From Candidatus Thorarchaeota archaeon (GTDB lineage: Archaea > Asgardarchaeota > Thorarchaeia > Thorarchaeales > Thorarchaeaceae): a stretch of DNA of 32,000 bases. A model generated the notes under the pieces. It was not told the origin of the DNA, made no database searches, and saw only the letters and a program-made list of their open reading frames with translations. The translations under genes and the position numbers were made by a program. Positions within the stretch are counted from its first letter, which is position 1. The number at the start of each line of letters is the position of its first letter. Shown here one piece after another: positions 15,830-24,438 of this stretch. The stretch covers positions 60,001 through 92,000 of the forward strand of contig SHMX01000005.1 in NCBI GenBank assembly GCA_008080745.1. The letters are read 5' to 3'.

Positions 15830-17626
15830 ATGATGAATAAAATTCACTCCATCGACTCTCCCAGAGATTCCTTACAAAGGTCTCAATTCCACAAAGTAGC
15901 AGATAGTATGCGGATTGCAATACTCGAGTTTAATCTGGATTTGGAATTGATATATGCTAATCCTGTCGCCAAGAGCATCTTTGGTTTAGATGATGTGGAT
16001 ATAACGAATCCCATTCCCTATTCTGATTTGGTTGTTTCAGAACAGGTGAAGATAATCAAGTCAGCATTTCAGAGATTTCTATCTGGAGAAAAACCTCGAT
16101 CAATGACAGTACGAGTCATTGCGAAACATGGTGTACATATACCCTTCCAAGTTATTCCCGAACTGGTTTTTCATAATGGAGCGCCTGTTGGTCTGGTTGT
16201 CTATGCCATGGACCTCTCTCGAAGGATTGTAATCAACCAACGGATTATGAACCGAGCAGAATACTTCAAGCTTATCGTAGAATATTCTAGCTTCACTGGT
16301 ATCCTAATTGTTGACGATCAATATCGTTTTGACTGGGTGAATGACAAGCTCTGTGACATAATTGGTTACACCCGAGAGGAATTGCTATCTATGGATTTCA
16401 GGGAGGTCTTACATCCTGATAGTCTGGATCTGACTGCTGATAGGTATAAGCGTCGCCAACAAGGTGAGACCCTACCAGCAACATATGAAATACAAGCAAT
16501 TTCTAAGGATGGGACTATCAAAGACCTGATGCTTACCAGTAGAGTCTACAAGAGTGGAGATGAACTCAAAAGTGTTGCACAGGTATTAGACGTTACTGAG
16601 CAAAATCGGCAGCGTCAAGCACTTGAAAACAGTGAACGGAGATACCGAACTCTTATCGAAACCATAATCGCTGGACTGGGTATTGATGATACTGATGGTA
16701 AGATAATCTATGCTAATGAAACTCTCAGTAAGATGACTGGATACTCTATTGACGAACTGGTTGGGATGAAGGGATCCTCCCTGGTCTATGAACTTACTCC
16801 TGATCGAATTCAAGCTAGACGAGATGGTAAATTCGAACAATATGAGGCACATCTTGTACACAAGTCGGGAGATCTAGTACCAGTAATTGTTTCAGCTTCA
16901 CCTCTCATGGATGCTAATGATGATTTTGAGGGTTCTTTTGCAATATTTACCGATATTTCAGAGCTCAAGTCTGTAGAAGATGAAGTACGCTTTCTACTTG
17001 ATTTGATTCTTCATGACATTGGAAATCAATTACAGTTGATAATTGCTGGTAGTGGTCTGATTGCGGAGGATGCTCCAGAGGATATTCTTCTCCGTGCGAA
17101 AGAGTACATTTTGGACGGGGCACAACGCAGTCTTGATTTAATACGAAAAGTACGTGGTGCTGAGAAGGCAAAAAGCGAAGTTCTGAAACCAGTTGATATA
17201 TCCGAGGTGATTGATGCAGAATCAATGCTGCTTTGGAAACAACACGGAGTTATGCCCGACATCGAGGGCATTCCTGAATCCCTTATGGTCTTAGCGGACA
17301 GTGCTGTTAATCATCTCATTTGGAACATTCTGGAAAATTCAGTCAAGCACAATCCTGACCCAGAACCGCAGGTGTGGATTCAGGGGGCAATTGAGGACGA
17401 CCATTTAATTTTAGAAATAGCCGATAATGGACCGGGATTGGATGAACGCAAGCGGGATCAGCTCTTTGATGTTCAAAGAAGGTATGGCGGGGTGGGCCTG
17501 CATTTGGTACGAAGACTTGCTAAGAAATACTGTACACTTCCTGAAGTCTGTGACCGGGTAGAAGAGAATCCTGAGGAAGGGCTTTGTATTAGAATACGGT
17601 TCCATATAGCGCAGGCTGAACCATAA
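15830..17626 (+). CDS. Cytoplasmic sensor histidine kinase with three PAS domains
   Basis: PAS starts YANPVAKSIFG, WVNDKLCDIIGYTREEL, YANETLSKMTGYSIDEL; H-box ILHDIGNQLQ; N-box NILENSVKH; DNGPGL; GGVGLHLV. No TM segment. Confidence 0.92.
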   Translation: MMNKIHSIDSPRDSLQRSQFHKVADSMRIAILEFNLDLELIYANPVAKSIFGLDDVDITNPIPYSDLVVSEQVKIIKSAFQRFLSGEKPRSMTVRVIAKHGVHIPFQVIPELVFHNGAPVGLVVYAMDLSRRIVINQRIMNRAEYFKLIVEYSSFTGILIVDDQYRFDWVNDKLCDIIGYTREELLSMDFREVLHPDSLDLTADRYKRRQQGETLPATYEIQAISKDGTIKDLMLTSRVYKSGDELKSVAQVLDVTEQNRQRQALENSERRYRTLIETIIAGLGIDDTDGKIIYANETLSKMTGYSIDELVGMKGSSLVYELTPDRIQARRDGKFEQYEAHLVHKSGDLVPVIVSASPLMDANDDFEGSFAIFTDISELKSVEDEVRFLLDLILHDIGNQLQLIIAGSGLIAEDAPEDILLRAKEYILDGAQRSLDLIRKVRGAEKAKSEVLKPVDISEVIDAESMLLWKQHGVMPDIEGIPESLMVLADSAVNHLIWNILENSVKHNPDPEPQVWIQGAIEDDHLILEIADNGPGLDERKRDQLFDVQRRYGGVGLHLVRRLAKKYCTLPEVCDRVEENPEEGLCIRIRFHIAQAEP

Positions 17627-17677
17627 TTGTTATGATGTACTTGTTCGTATAGAATACTCCTATTGGAGGTACATCCT

Positions 17678-19075
17678 TTGGAATCCTTTGAATCAATTCT
17701 TATCAAAAATGGCTACATTCTAACCCTTGACCCAAAACGCAGAATTCTCCCAAAGGGCAGCATTCGTATCGAAGGGAACAAGATTGTGGAGGTCTCAAAG
17801 ACACCCTCCAAACTGCCCCAGGCTGAATTAGAGATAGATGCCACTGGAAAGATTGTCATGCCGGGTCTAATTGACACCCATGTACATCTGGCACAGGCAT
17901 TGATTCGAGGATGTGCAGATGATGTATCACTTGTTGATTGGTTGAAAAACTATGTCTGGGTACTACAAGGAAATTTCACTCATGAGGATGGAAAGGTTTC
18001 CGCTGAACTATGTATGGCTGAGATGATTCGGACGGGAACTACAGGATTTATTGAATGCATGATCCACTCTCGTTATGGATTTGATGGAATTGCAGAGTCT
18101 GTTGAGAATATTGGTATGCGAGCTGCTCTTTCGAAAATAATCATGGATTCCACTGGTTATGCAGATAGCCCTGATATTATGTACCCTGGAATGATTGAAT
18201 CTGCAGATGCTTGTCTAGCAGAAACTGAATCCATGCTAAAGAAATGGCAATGGGCGGCGCATGGACGTATCCAAGTCTGGTATGGTCTGCGGTCTCTTGG
18301 TGCTGTCACTCCTGATTTGTTCAAGACCGTCGTGGGGCTAGCTGATGAACACGATACCCGAATGACCATGCATCTTGGAGAAGTACAGGATGATGTCAGA
18401 TATGTACGGGAGAATCACAATACAAATCTTGTTGGTTTTGCTCGAAAGATGGGTTTACTGGGTGAGAATATGGTGTTTGCTCATGGTATTCACTTTGAGG
18501 ATGAAGAGATTCAGGAACTTGCTGCTACCCAGTCCAATATCTCTCATTGTCCCGCAAGTAACATGAAATTGGCCTCTGGATTTGCAAAGATTCCTACGAT
18601 GTTAGAATATGGTGTTCCGGTTTCGCTGGGTTGTGATGGTGGACCTAGTAACAATGCCTATGATATGATTCGAGAGATGCGCTTGGCTGCTCTTATTCAC
18701 AAACCCCATGCAAATGATCCAACAGTAGTCAGTGCAGAAGAAGTAATCGAGATGGCAACTTTAGGTGGAGCAAAAGCATTGGGTCTTGGTGACAAACTTG
18801 GTTCTCTGGAAACGGGAAAATTTGCTGATCTGATTCTGGTTGATATGCACAGACTGAATCTCACACCAAAAACCAATCCTGTATCTAACCTTGTCTATGC
18901 TGGTTCTGGCTATGATGTCGATACGGTCATTGTTAATGGACGGATACTCTTGCAAGAGAAAAAACATCTGACAGTAGATATAGAGGAAGTTATGGTTAGA
19001 GCAGAGAAACATGCTGCAGAGTTAGTAGAGCGAGCTGGAGTGGAGATAGTACCAAAATGGCCCATCTCCAACTAA
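17678..19075 (+). CDS. Metal-dependent amidohydrolase/deaminase of the TRZ/ATZ-MTA/SAH deaminase-SsnA family
   Basis: MPGLIDTHVHLAQ, MHLGE, HCPASNMKLASG, LGCDGGPSNN, GSLETGKFADL. TTG at 17678 follows GGAGGT; the ORF track starts at 17663. Confidence 0.9.
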   Translation: MESFESILIKNGYILTLDPKRRILPKGSIRIEGNKIVEVSKTPSKLPQAELEIDATGKIVMPGLIDTHVHLAQALIRGCADDVSLVDWLKNYVWVLQGNFTHEDGKVSAELCMAEMIRTGTTGFIECMIHSRYGFDGIAESVENIGMRAALSKIIMDSTGYADSPDIMYPGMIESADACLAETESMLKKWQWAAHGRIQVWYGLRSLGAVTPDLFKTVVGLADEHDTRMTMHLGEVQDDVRYVRENHNTNLVGFARKMGLLGENMVFAHGIHFEDEEIQELAATQSNISHCPASNMKLASGFAKIPTMLEYGVPVSLGCDGGPSNNAYDMIREMRLAALIHKPHANDPTVVSAEEVIEMATLGGAKALGLGDKLGSLETGKFADLILVDMHRLNLTPKTNPVSNLVYAGSGYDVDTVIVNGRILLQEKKHLTVDIEEVMVRAEKHAAELVERAGVEIVPKWPISN

Positions 19076-19083
19076 TCGATTAT

Positions 19084-20286
19084 CTATGCTATTATTGCCT
19101 CTCTTTCGAATGCCTTTGCTCCAATGATAAGAAACGCAATAGTGAATGCTAACAGATATGCTACGTTTCCTATCAGCATTGTAGGGGTTGCTACTCCTGA
19201 TAGAACTCCATTCAGAAACATAATCGCATGAGAGAAGGGAATTAGCAGAATAGCAAATCCGAATAATCCTCCGTATTGCAGAATACTACCAGTGAATCCT
19301 AGAATACCAATTACCATAGTTGGCACCAACAAGACTAGATTATTGATGGATTCAGCTGTTGCTTGGTCTTTTGCAAGGCAAGATATCACTACACCAATTC
19401 CAATAGCACAGAGAAGCACCAAGAACTGGCAGAAGAATATCAATGGCAGAGTTGCCACATCAATGGTATAGAGATTAATGTAATAGTCCTCTGCAGCAGC
19501 TGGGAGTGCAGCAGCTCTCAGGATGATGGATAGATTATAGCTCAGAATTCCGACAATTGTGAAAATAGAGTATATCATGGTCAATAGAAGACCCGCAACC
19601 AACTTGGATCCGAGTATCTTTAGCCTACTCATGGGTACCACTAGAAGTGCCTCCAGAGTATGCCTCTCTCGTTCTCCTGCGAAAGATTTACTCACATAGG
19701 GTGCAGGAGCCAAAACTGAAGTGAGCATGACCAAAAATATTGCCAGTTGATGACCGTAGGTTGCCTCAGGACTGATGGTATACCAATTAACCTGCACATC
19801 TTTAACGATTATCTGAAGGTTTTGCTTGACAAACATATCTACCCGTTGAGCAGCTGCAGTTGCACGGAAATTGCCTGTGTTGACCCACATAACCATGGTA
19901 CTTTCATTATTGACCATATACTCATACGTAAAATTCTCCGGTATCAATACCCACACTGAGACCGTCTTATTATCCACCAGATTTTGACCATAATCTTTGT
20001 CGACTGGGATGAGTGGATCTATCAACAGTTGTTCTTTGCTTGCATTGAGGGCATCAAACAATGCTGGACCTATGGCTCCGTCATCCTCTACAGTGATATA
20101 GACTGCTTCAGGCTCTTCTGTTGTCTGAGCTACAATAAAGGAGAGAAATGCTCCTTGAAATAGCCAAGCAAACATTGGGCTTATGATAAATCCTAAGAGA
20201 AGCCAACGTGATCTAAGAACTGACTTGATCTCTTTCTTAAGCATCCAGTACGTCTTACTGTCAAGTTTAATTTTTGGTGTATCCAT
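19084..20286 (-). CDS. ABC-2 type transporter permease (NatB-like)
   Basis: KKEIKSVLRSR followed by a TM segment, an extracellular loop, SFAGERERHTLEALLVVP and LGSKLVA, then several TM helices; follows the ABC ATPase gene. Confidence 0.88.
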   Translation of the reverse strand: MDTPKIKLDSKTYWMLKKEIKSVLRSRWLLLGFIISPMFAWLFQGAFLSFIVAQTTEEPEAVYITVEDDGAIGPALFDALNASKEQLLIDPLIPVDKDYGQNLVDNKTVSVWVLIPENFTYEYMVNNESTMVMWVNTGNFRATAAAQRVDMFVKQNLQIIVKDVQVNWYTISPEATYGHQLAIFLVMLTSVLAPAPYVSKSFAGERERHTLEALLVVPMSRLKILGSKLVAGLLLTMIYSIFTIVGILSYNLSIILRAAALPAAAEDYYINLYTIDVATLPLIFFCQFLVLLCAIGIGVVISCLAKDQATAESINNLVLLVPTMVIGILGFTGSILQYGGLFGFAILLIPFSHAIMFLNGVLSGVATPTMLIGNVAYLLAFTIAFLIIGAKAFEREAIIA

Positions 20287-20298
20287 TTGTAACCCTCC

Positions 20299-21066
20299 TT
20301 AGCTTTCGTAGACTCCTTCTCCTGTGATTAATCCTGTGAAGACCTCTTCAAGATTGGCAGCCTTGTATTTCTCCTCAAGTTCATTAGGTTTGCCTATTGC
20401 TACCAGTTCTCCATTGTTCAGAATTCCTACCCTATCACAGAGTTCCGAGACCTCGTTTAGATCATGAGTGGTTAATATGATGGTACGATTCTCCTCCTCA
20501 CTGAGTTTCTTGAGAAGGTTCCGAACCACTCTAGCTCCTATGGTATCAACACCTGTAGTGGGTTCATCCATGAACACAATCTCAGGTTGTATGATGAGCG
20601 CTCTGGCAACGAGTACTTTTCGTTTCATTCCCCCACTGAACCCTTTCACTTGGTAGTGCTCTTTTTCTTTAAGCTTTACAATCTCAAGAAGTTCATCTGC
20701 ACGCCGATTTAGCTCTTTCTCTGGGATTCCGTAGAGACCCCCATAATACACCAAATTTTCTCTTGCTGTTAGCCTCTCGTAAATTCCCGCCTCTTGTGGT
20801 AATAGAGTCACACGTTCACGAATGTGTGCGATGTCCTCCTCTACGTTCTTTCCTAGTACCCATGCCTTACCTTTAGTGGGAGTTAGAAGTCCAACTAGAA
20901 TACGAATGAGTGTGGTCTTTCCAGCCCCATTGGGTCCTATAAGCCCAAATACTTCGCCACGTTTAATCTCCAAATCGACCTCTCTAAGTGCAACAACTTC
21001 CCGTTTCTTTCCCTCTTCGAAGATTTTTGTCAAATTTTCGGTCTTAATTACTACCTCATTCAGCAT
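20299..21066 (-). CDS. ABC transporter ATP-binding protein (NatA/CcmA-like exporter)
   Basis: Walker A GPNGAGKT, signature FSGGMKRK, Walker B VFMDEPT, H-loop TTHD. Confidence 0.95.
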   Translation of the reverse strand: MLNEVVIKTENLTKIFEEGKKREVVALREVDLEIKRGEVFGLIGPNGAGKTTLIRILVGLLTPTKGKAWVLGKNVEEDIAHIRERVTLLPQEAGIYERLTARENLVYYGGLYGIPEKELNRRADELLEIVKLKEKEHYQVKGFSGGMKRKVLVARALIIQPEIVFMDEPTTGVDTIGARVVRNLLKKLSEEENRTIILTTHDLNEVSELCDRVGILNNGELVAIGKPNELEEKYKAANLEEVFTGLITGEGVYES

Positions 21067-21093
21067 ATCTATACACCTACTATACTCGTTCTT

Positions 21094-21870
21094 CTATTCT
21101 CTCTCTTTCAGATGTTCGACAAGTGGGAAGATTGGTTCTCCTTTCAGGTCTTTTAGGAACTTGTACGCTTCATCTATCTGTTCGTCATCGCCTTCAACAT
21201 AGAATGTGACCGATCCTTCCGCCCCGTTAATGCCTCCGGCAGAAATTGGGATTGCATATACATCAAATAATGCCTCAAGAGCCTCCATCTCTGTAAATGG
21301 AATTCCCTCTGGTACCGCAATGACCCCAACGGGCTCACCAATTGCATAATCCCATTGGTCTCTCCCAAACTCGCCAACAAAATCTCCATATTCTGATGGA
21401 ATACATTTTTCCAATCCCGCAGGCATAATTATAGGAATGTTTCGGGCAGCTGCTGTTCCTAAAAATGAACCAACTGTCCCACCAGTACCACTAGCCAATA
21501 GAACTAACGGTATAAGGTTTGCATCCAAAGCATTTGCACTCTTAATGATTACATCATCGGGTCCCATTTCATCGATGACATCTTTCACTTTGGTCTTCTC
21601 CATATATTCTCCCTTGTGAAAGATTGCATCATATGCTCTCATCTTGCTATCTGTGACCCAGAGACCGTGTGGTATTGTGAGACCTGCTATGTGTCTACTC
21701 TTATCATATTCTCCAAGAATCTCTTCTACTAGATATGCACTGGTGGTCCCCAAAGTCACACAGAGGTATCCGTGATGCAAGGCGGCTTGGACAATATCTG
21801 TTGCAAGGAGTCCTTTTGCGATTAGTCGTTTACTCTCTGCAACGGTCAATGTAACGAGAAGTTTCTTCAT
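21094..21870 (-). CDS. Conserved hypothetical protein (possible NagB/RpiA/eIF2B-like ISOCOT fold)
   Basis: 258-aa ORF with patterned motifs LTVAESKRLIAKG, LGTT, IKSANALD, GGTVG, PAGLEK.IP, GGINGAEGS; co-oriented between purB and the ABC genes. Confidence 0.7.
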   Translation of the reverse strand: MKKLLVTLTVAESKRLIAKGLLATDIVQAALHHGYLCVTLGTTSAYLVEEILGEYDKSRHIAGLTIPHGLWVTDSKMRAYDAIFHKGEYMEKTKVKDVIDEMGPDDVIIKSANALDANLIPLVLLASGTGGTVGSFLGTAAARNIPIIMPAGLEKCIPSEYGDFVGEFGRDQWDYAIGEPVGVIAVPEGIPFTEMEALEALFDVYAIPISAGGINGAEGSVTFYVEGDDEQIDEAYKFLKDLKGEPIFPLVEHLKERE

Positions 21871-21907
21871 CCTTTTTGCTCCTTATTTTCAGTGTCCGTT
21901 ATTCATT

Positions 21908-23284
21908 TTACTTTGTCGAACTAGTCAAGTCATCGTGATAAGCAGCGATTGTCTTTCGTACCAGTCCCCATGAGACCGTTCGTATCGTTGAGAAGTATTT
22001 TTCCAAGTCCAAATCGCTATCTTTGAGAAGCTTTGACAATTCTTTGTCCTTTTTCACCATCTCAAGTAATCCCTTGCCCTTCTTTCCTCCTTCTGATAAC
22101 ATATCTCTGAGTTTCTCATGAGCCTTAGGCCTCTCCATCCCTGCCTTGGTCAGCTCTGTAATGACATACTCGCTTAGTATCTGATTGTTGGACAATTCGA
22201 GATTACGTTTAATCGCTTCTTCGTCTATCTCAAGACCCTCTATCACTCGTTTCATTTCTCGAACAAGGTAATCCACTAGAATGAATGCCTGTGGAAACAC
22301 AAAACGTTCTGTTGACGAGTGTGATATATCTCGTTCTTCCCAGCTCACCACATTCTCTAATGCTGGTTGCACTAGACTGCGAACAAAACGAGCAATACCA
22401 CTGATCTTCTCGCAGGTGACAGGATTCCGTTTATGCGGCATAGCTGATGAGCCAACCTGTTTACCTTTTGCAAAAGGTTCGTAGGTTTCAGCAATCTCGG
22501 TTCTTTGAAGATTTCTCAGGTCGGTAGCAATCTTATCAAGAGATGATGCGAGATTTGCAAGAGTACATACGACCTCAGCATGCCGATCTCGCTGAGTTAT
22601 CTGGGTTGTAACAATAGGAAAGTGAAGTCCCAGTTTTTTCAGAACTTTTTCCTGCATTAACAATCCCTTAGGTCCCAATGCCGCATGGCTTCCGGTGGCA
22701 CCAGCTAGTTTTCCGACAATGACTCTTTCCCGGGCAGCTAAGAGTCGTCTTCGATGCCGTCTGATTTCATCAAGCCAGACTGCAAATCTCAGCCCATACG
22801 TTATTGGAACCGCATGTTGTCCATGTGACCTTCCAACCGCAACCAGATCCTTTGTTTCAACTGCTCGATTCACCACCGCCATGCACAGCTCCTCCACCTT
22901 TGGCATAAGCACATCGAAGGCATCCTTGAATTGAAGTGCAAGAGCTGTGTCTTTTACATCATTACTGGTTAACCCAAAATGCACCCATCTGGCTCCAGGT
23001 CCTTGACACTGCTCTGCGATGGCTTCAAACAAGGCTGCAATATCATGCCGCGTTCTAGCCTCTATCTCCATTGTTCGTTCCAGTGTCACGGTTTCTGGGA
23101 TGGCTGCTATGACAATATCTCCAGCTGCATCAGCAGGAATTAGGCCAATCTCCGATTGAACCTCTGCTACTGTTGCCTCTATCTTCAACCAGAGTTTGTG
23201 TCTGTGTTCCTCTTCAAAAATCTTGATCATATCAGGATGACCATATCTTCCATAATCAATGGGACATACTGGCATTTGGTCCAA
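21908..23284 (-). CDS. purB: Adenylosuccinate lyase
   Basis: RYG..M..IF, HFGLTSND, GRSHGQHA.P.T.G, GAT(G)S, fumarate-lyase signature GSSAMPHKRNP, ERDISHSSTER. The start is probably the ATG of MPVCP. Confidence 0.95.
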   Translation of the reverse strand: MDQMPVCPIDYGRYGHPDMIKIFEEEHRHKLWLKIEATVAEVQSEIGLIPADAAGDIVIAAIPETVTLERTMEIEARTRHDIAALFEAIAEQCQGPGARWVHFGLTSNDVKDTALALQFKDAFDVLMPKVEELCMAVVNRAVETKDLVAVGRSHGQHAVPITYGLRFAVWLDEIRRHRRRLLAARERVIVGKLAGATGSHAALGPKGLLMQEKVLKKLGLHFPIVTTQITQRDRHAEVVCTLANLASSLDKIATDLRNLQRTEIAETYEPFAKGKQVGSSAMPHKRNPVTCEKISGIARFVRSLVQPALENVVSWEERDISHSSTERFVFPQAFILVDYLVREMKRVIEGLEIDEEAIKRNLELSNNQILSEYVITELTKAGMERPKAHEKLRDMLSEGGKKGKGLLEMVKKDKELSKLLKDSDLDLEKYFSTIRTVSWGLVRKTIAAYHDDLTSSTK

Positions 23285-23385
23285 TCTCCATGTTGAATCC
23301 TGAACTACTCCCTGATATGGTTTGCTCCCAAGCTATCAGAATAACTCTTCATGATTCTAACATCTAAGAAATCTATTATATTGGA

Positions 23386-24384
23386 ATGATGTTGAATAGA
23401 TTAGGCTCAATTAAAATGATTAATTCCTATTCCGATCCCGACATCCTCAAGAGAATACTAGGCGTTGCAAAATCAATCAGGAACCGATCTCTTCCTGAGA
23501 TTCTAAGAAACCGTCAAAATATAAAGAATGTTCACAGTCTTCTCTATAATCCTGCACCTTATGAATTACAATTAGCCCAATCTGTATGTAGTTTACTCTC
23601 CATTGGGTTGGGCGAGTTTGGATTACCCACTTTGTTTACTCCCTCTGCAGATGAAATAATCATGGAATTTAATCTAGTCGCTAGAGCCTGTGATTTGCTT
23701 CTCAGTTCCTTTTACGACCAGTCAAAATTAGGTAATGGACGCTCAATCACTTTGAAATTTGCAGAAAGAACATCTACCCCTCTCATTTCTCTGGGTGACG
23801 AGATACACTCTTTTCAATCAGCACTTGGTTATCTCTTTCCAATTTTTCAACGTCTTGGAGAACTTCAAAATAGAGATATCGTAATCTCTTGGGCTTTTGA
23901 TAATCGATTCTCACTACCTTCTGTTCCTCAGAGTCTGCTTTTGTTGGGATCTATCTTAGGCTCTAATGTTCAAGTAAGGGCTCCACATGATTTTCCCTTA
24001 CTTCGTCGTGTGGTCCGGGACTCGAAGGAGGTTGCAAAGGAATCGGGTGGCTCTGTTGAAATTATTCACACTCCACCAGATGATATACAGCAAGCTGATG
24101 TGGTATTTGCTTTCAACTGGTGTAGCTTGAATGAGTTTATTCGTCCTGAGAGAAATGCTGAACTGGCCAAGAGCTATCGTGATTGGCATATCTCTCAAGA
24201 GGCTCTTGGGCGCGCATTATTCATGACCGAACCCCCCGTAAGAACTGGTATTATCGCAGATAGAAGTATCATTGATAGTCCATCTAATCTCACTCCAAAT
24301 TGGCTGGAGTCTAGGATTCACATTCTGTTGGCATCCATTGCTACATTATTTGACTCTGATTTTTCTATTAACGCTCTGGTATGA
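23386..24384 (+). CDS. Aspartate/ornithine carbamoyltransferase-fold protein (YgeW/N-acetylornithine transcarbamylase-like), predicted catalytically inactive
   Basis: The C-terminal half matches the YgeW/AOTCase pattern (ISWAF...SVPQSLL, AKESGGSVEI, ADVVFAFNW, DWHI, DSPSN...ESRIH). The STRT, HPxQ and HCLP motifs read APYE, HSFQ and TEPP. Confidence 0.75.
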   Translation: MMLNRLGSIKMINSYSDPDILKRILGVAKSIRNRSLPEILRNRQNIKNVHSLLYNPAPYELQLAQSVCSLLSIGLGEFGLPTLFTPSADEIIMEFNLVARACDLLLSSFYDQSKLGNGRSITLKFAERTSTPLISLGDEIHSFQSALGYLFPIFQRLGELQNRDIVISWAFDNRFSLPSVPQSLLLLGSILGSNVQVRAPHDFPLLRRVVRDSKEVAKESGGSVEIIHTPPDDIQQADVVFAFNWCSLNEFIRPERNAELAKSYRDWHISQEALGRALFMTEPPVRTGIIADRSIIDSPSNLTPNWLESRIHILLASIATLFDSDFSINALV

Positions 24385-24438
24385 ATCATATTGTTAGTTC
24401 ATATGCTTTATCAGGAAGGATGTTCACTTCTTTGTCGT

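Noticed and set aside
23386-24384. Calling this gene argF or pyrB, or a pseudogene
   Set aside because: The catalytic motifs are missing, so argF/pyrB is unsupported. The ORF is full-length with no stop or frameshift, so a pseudogene call is also unsupported.
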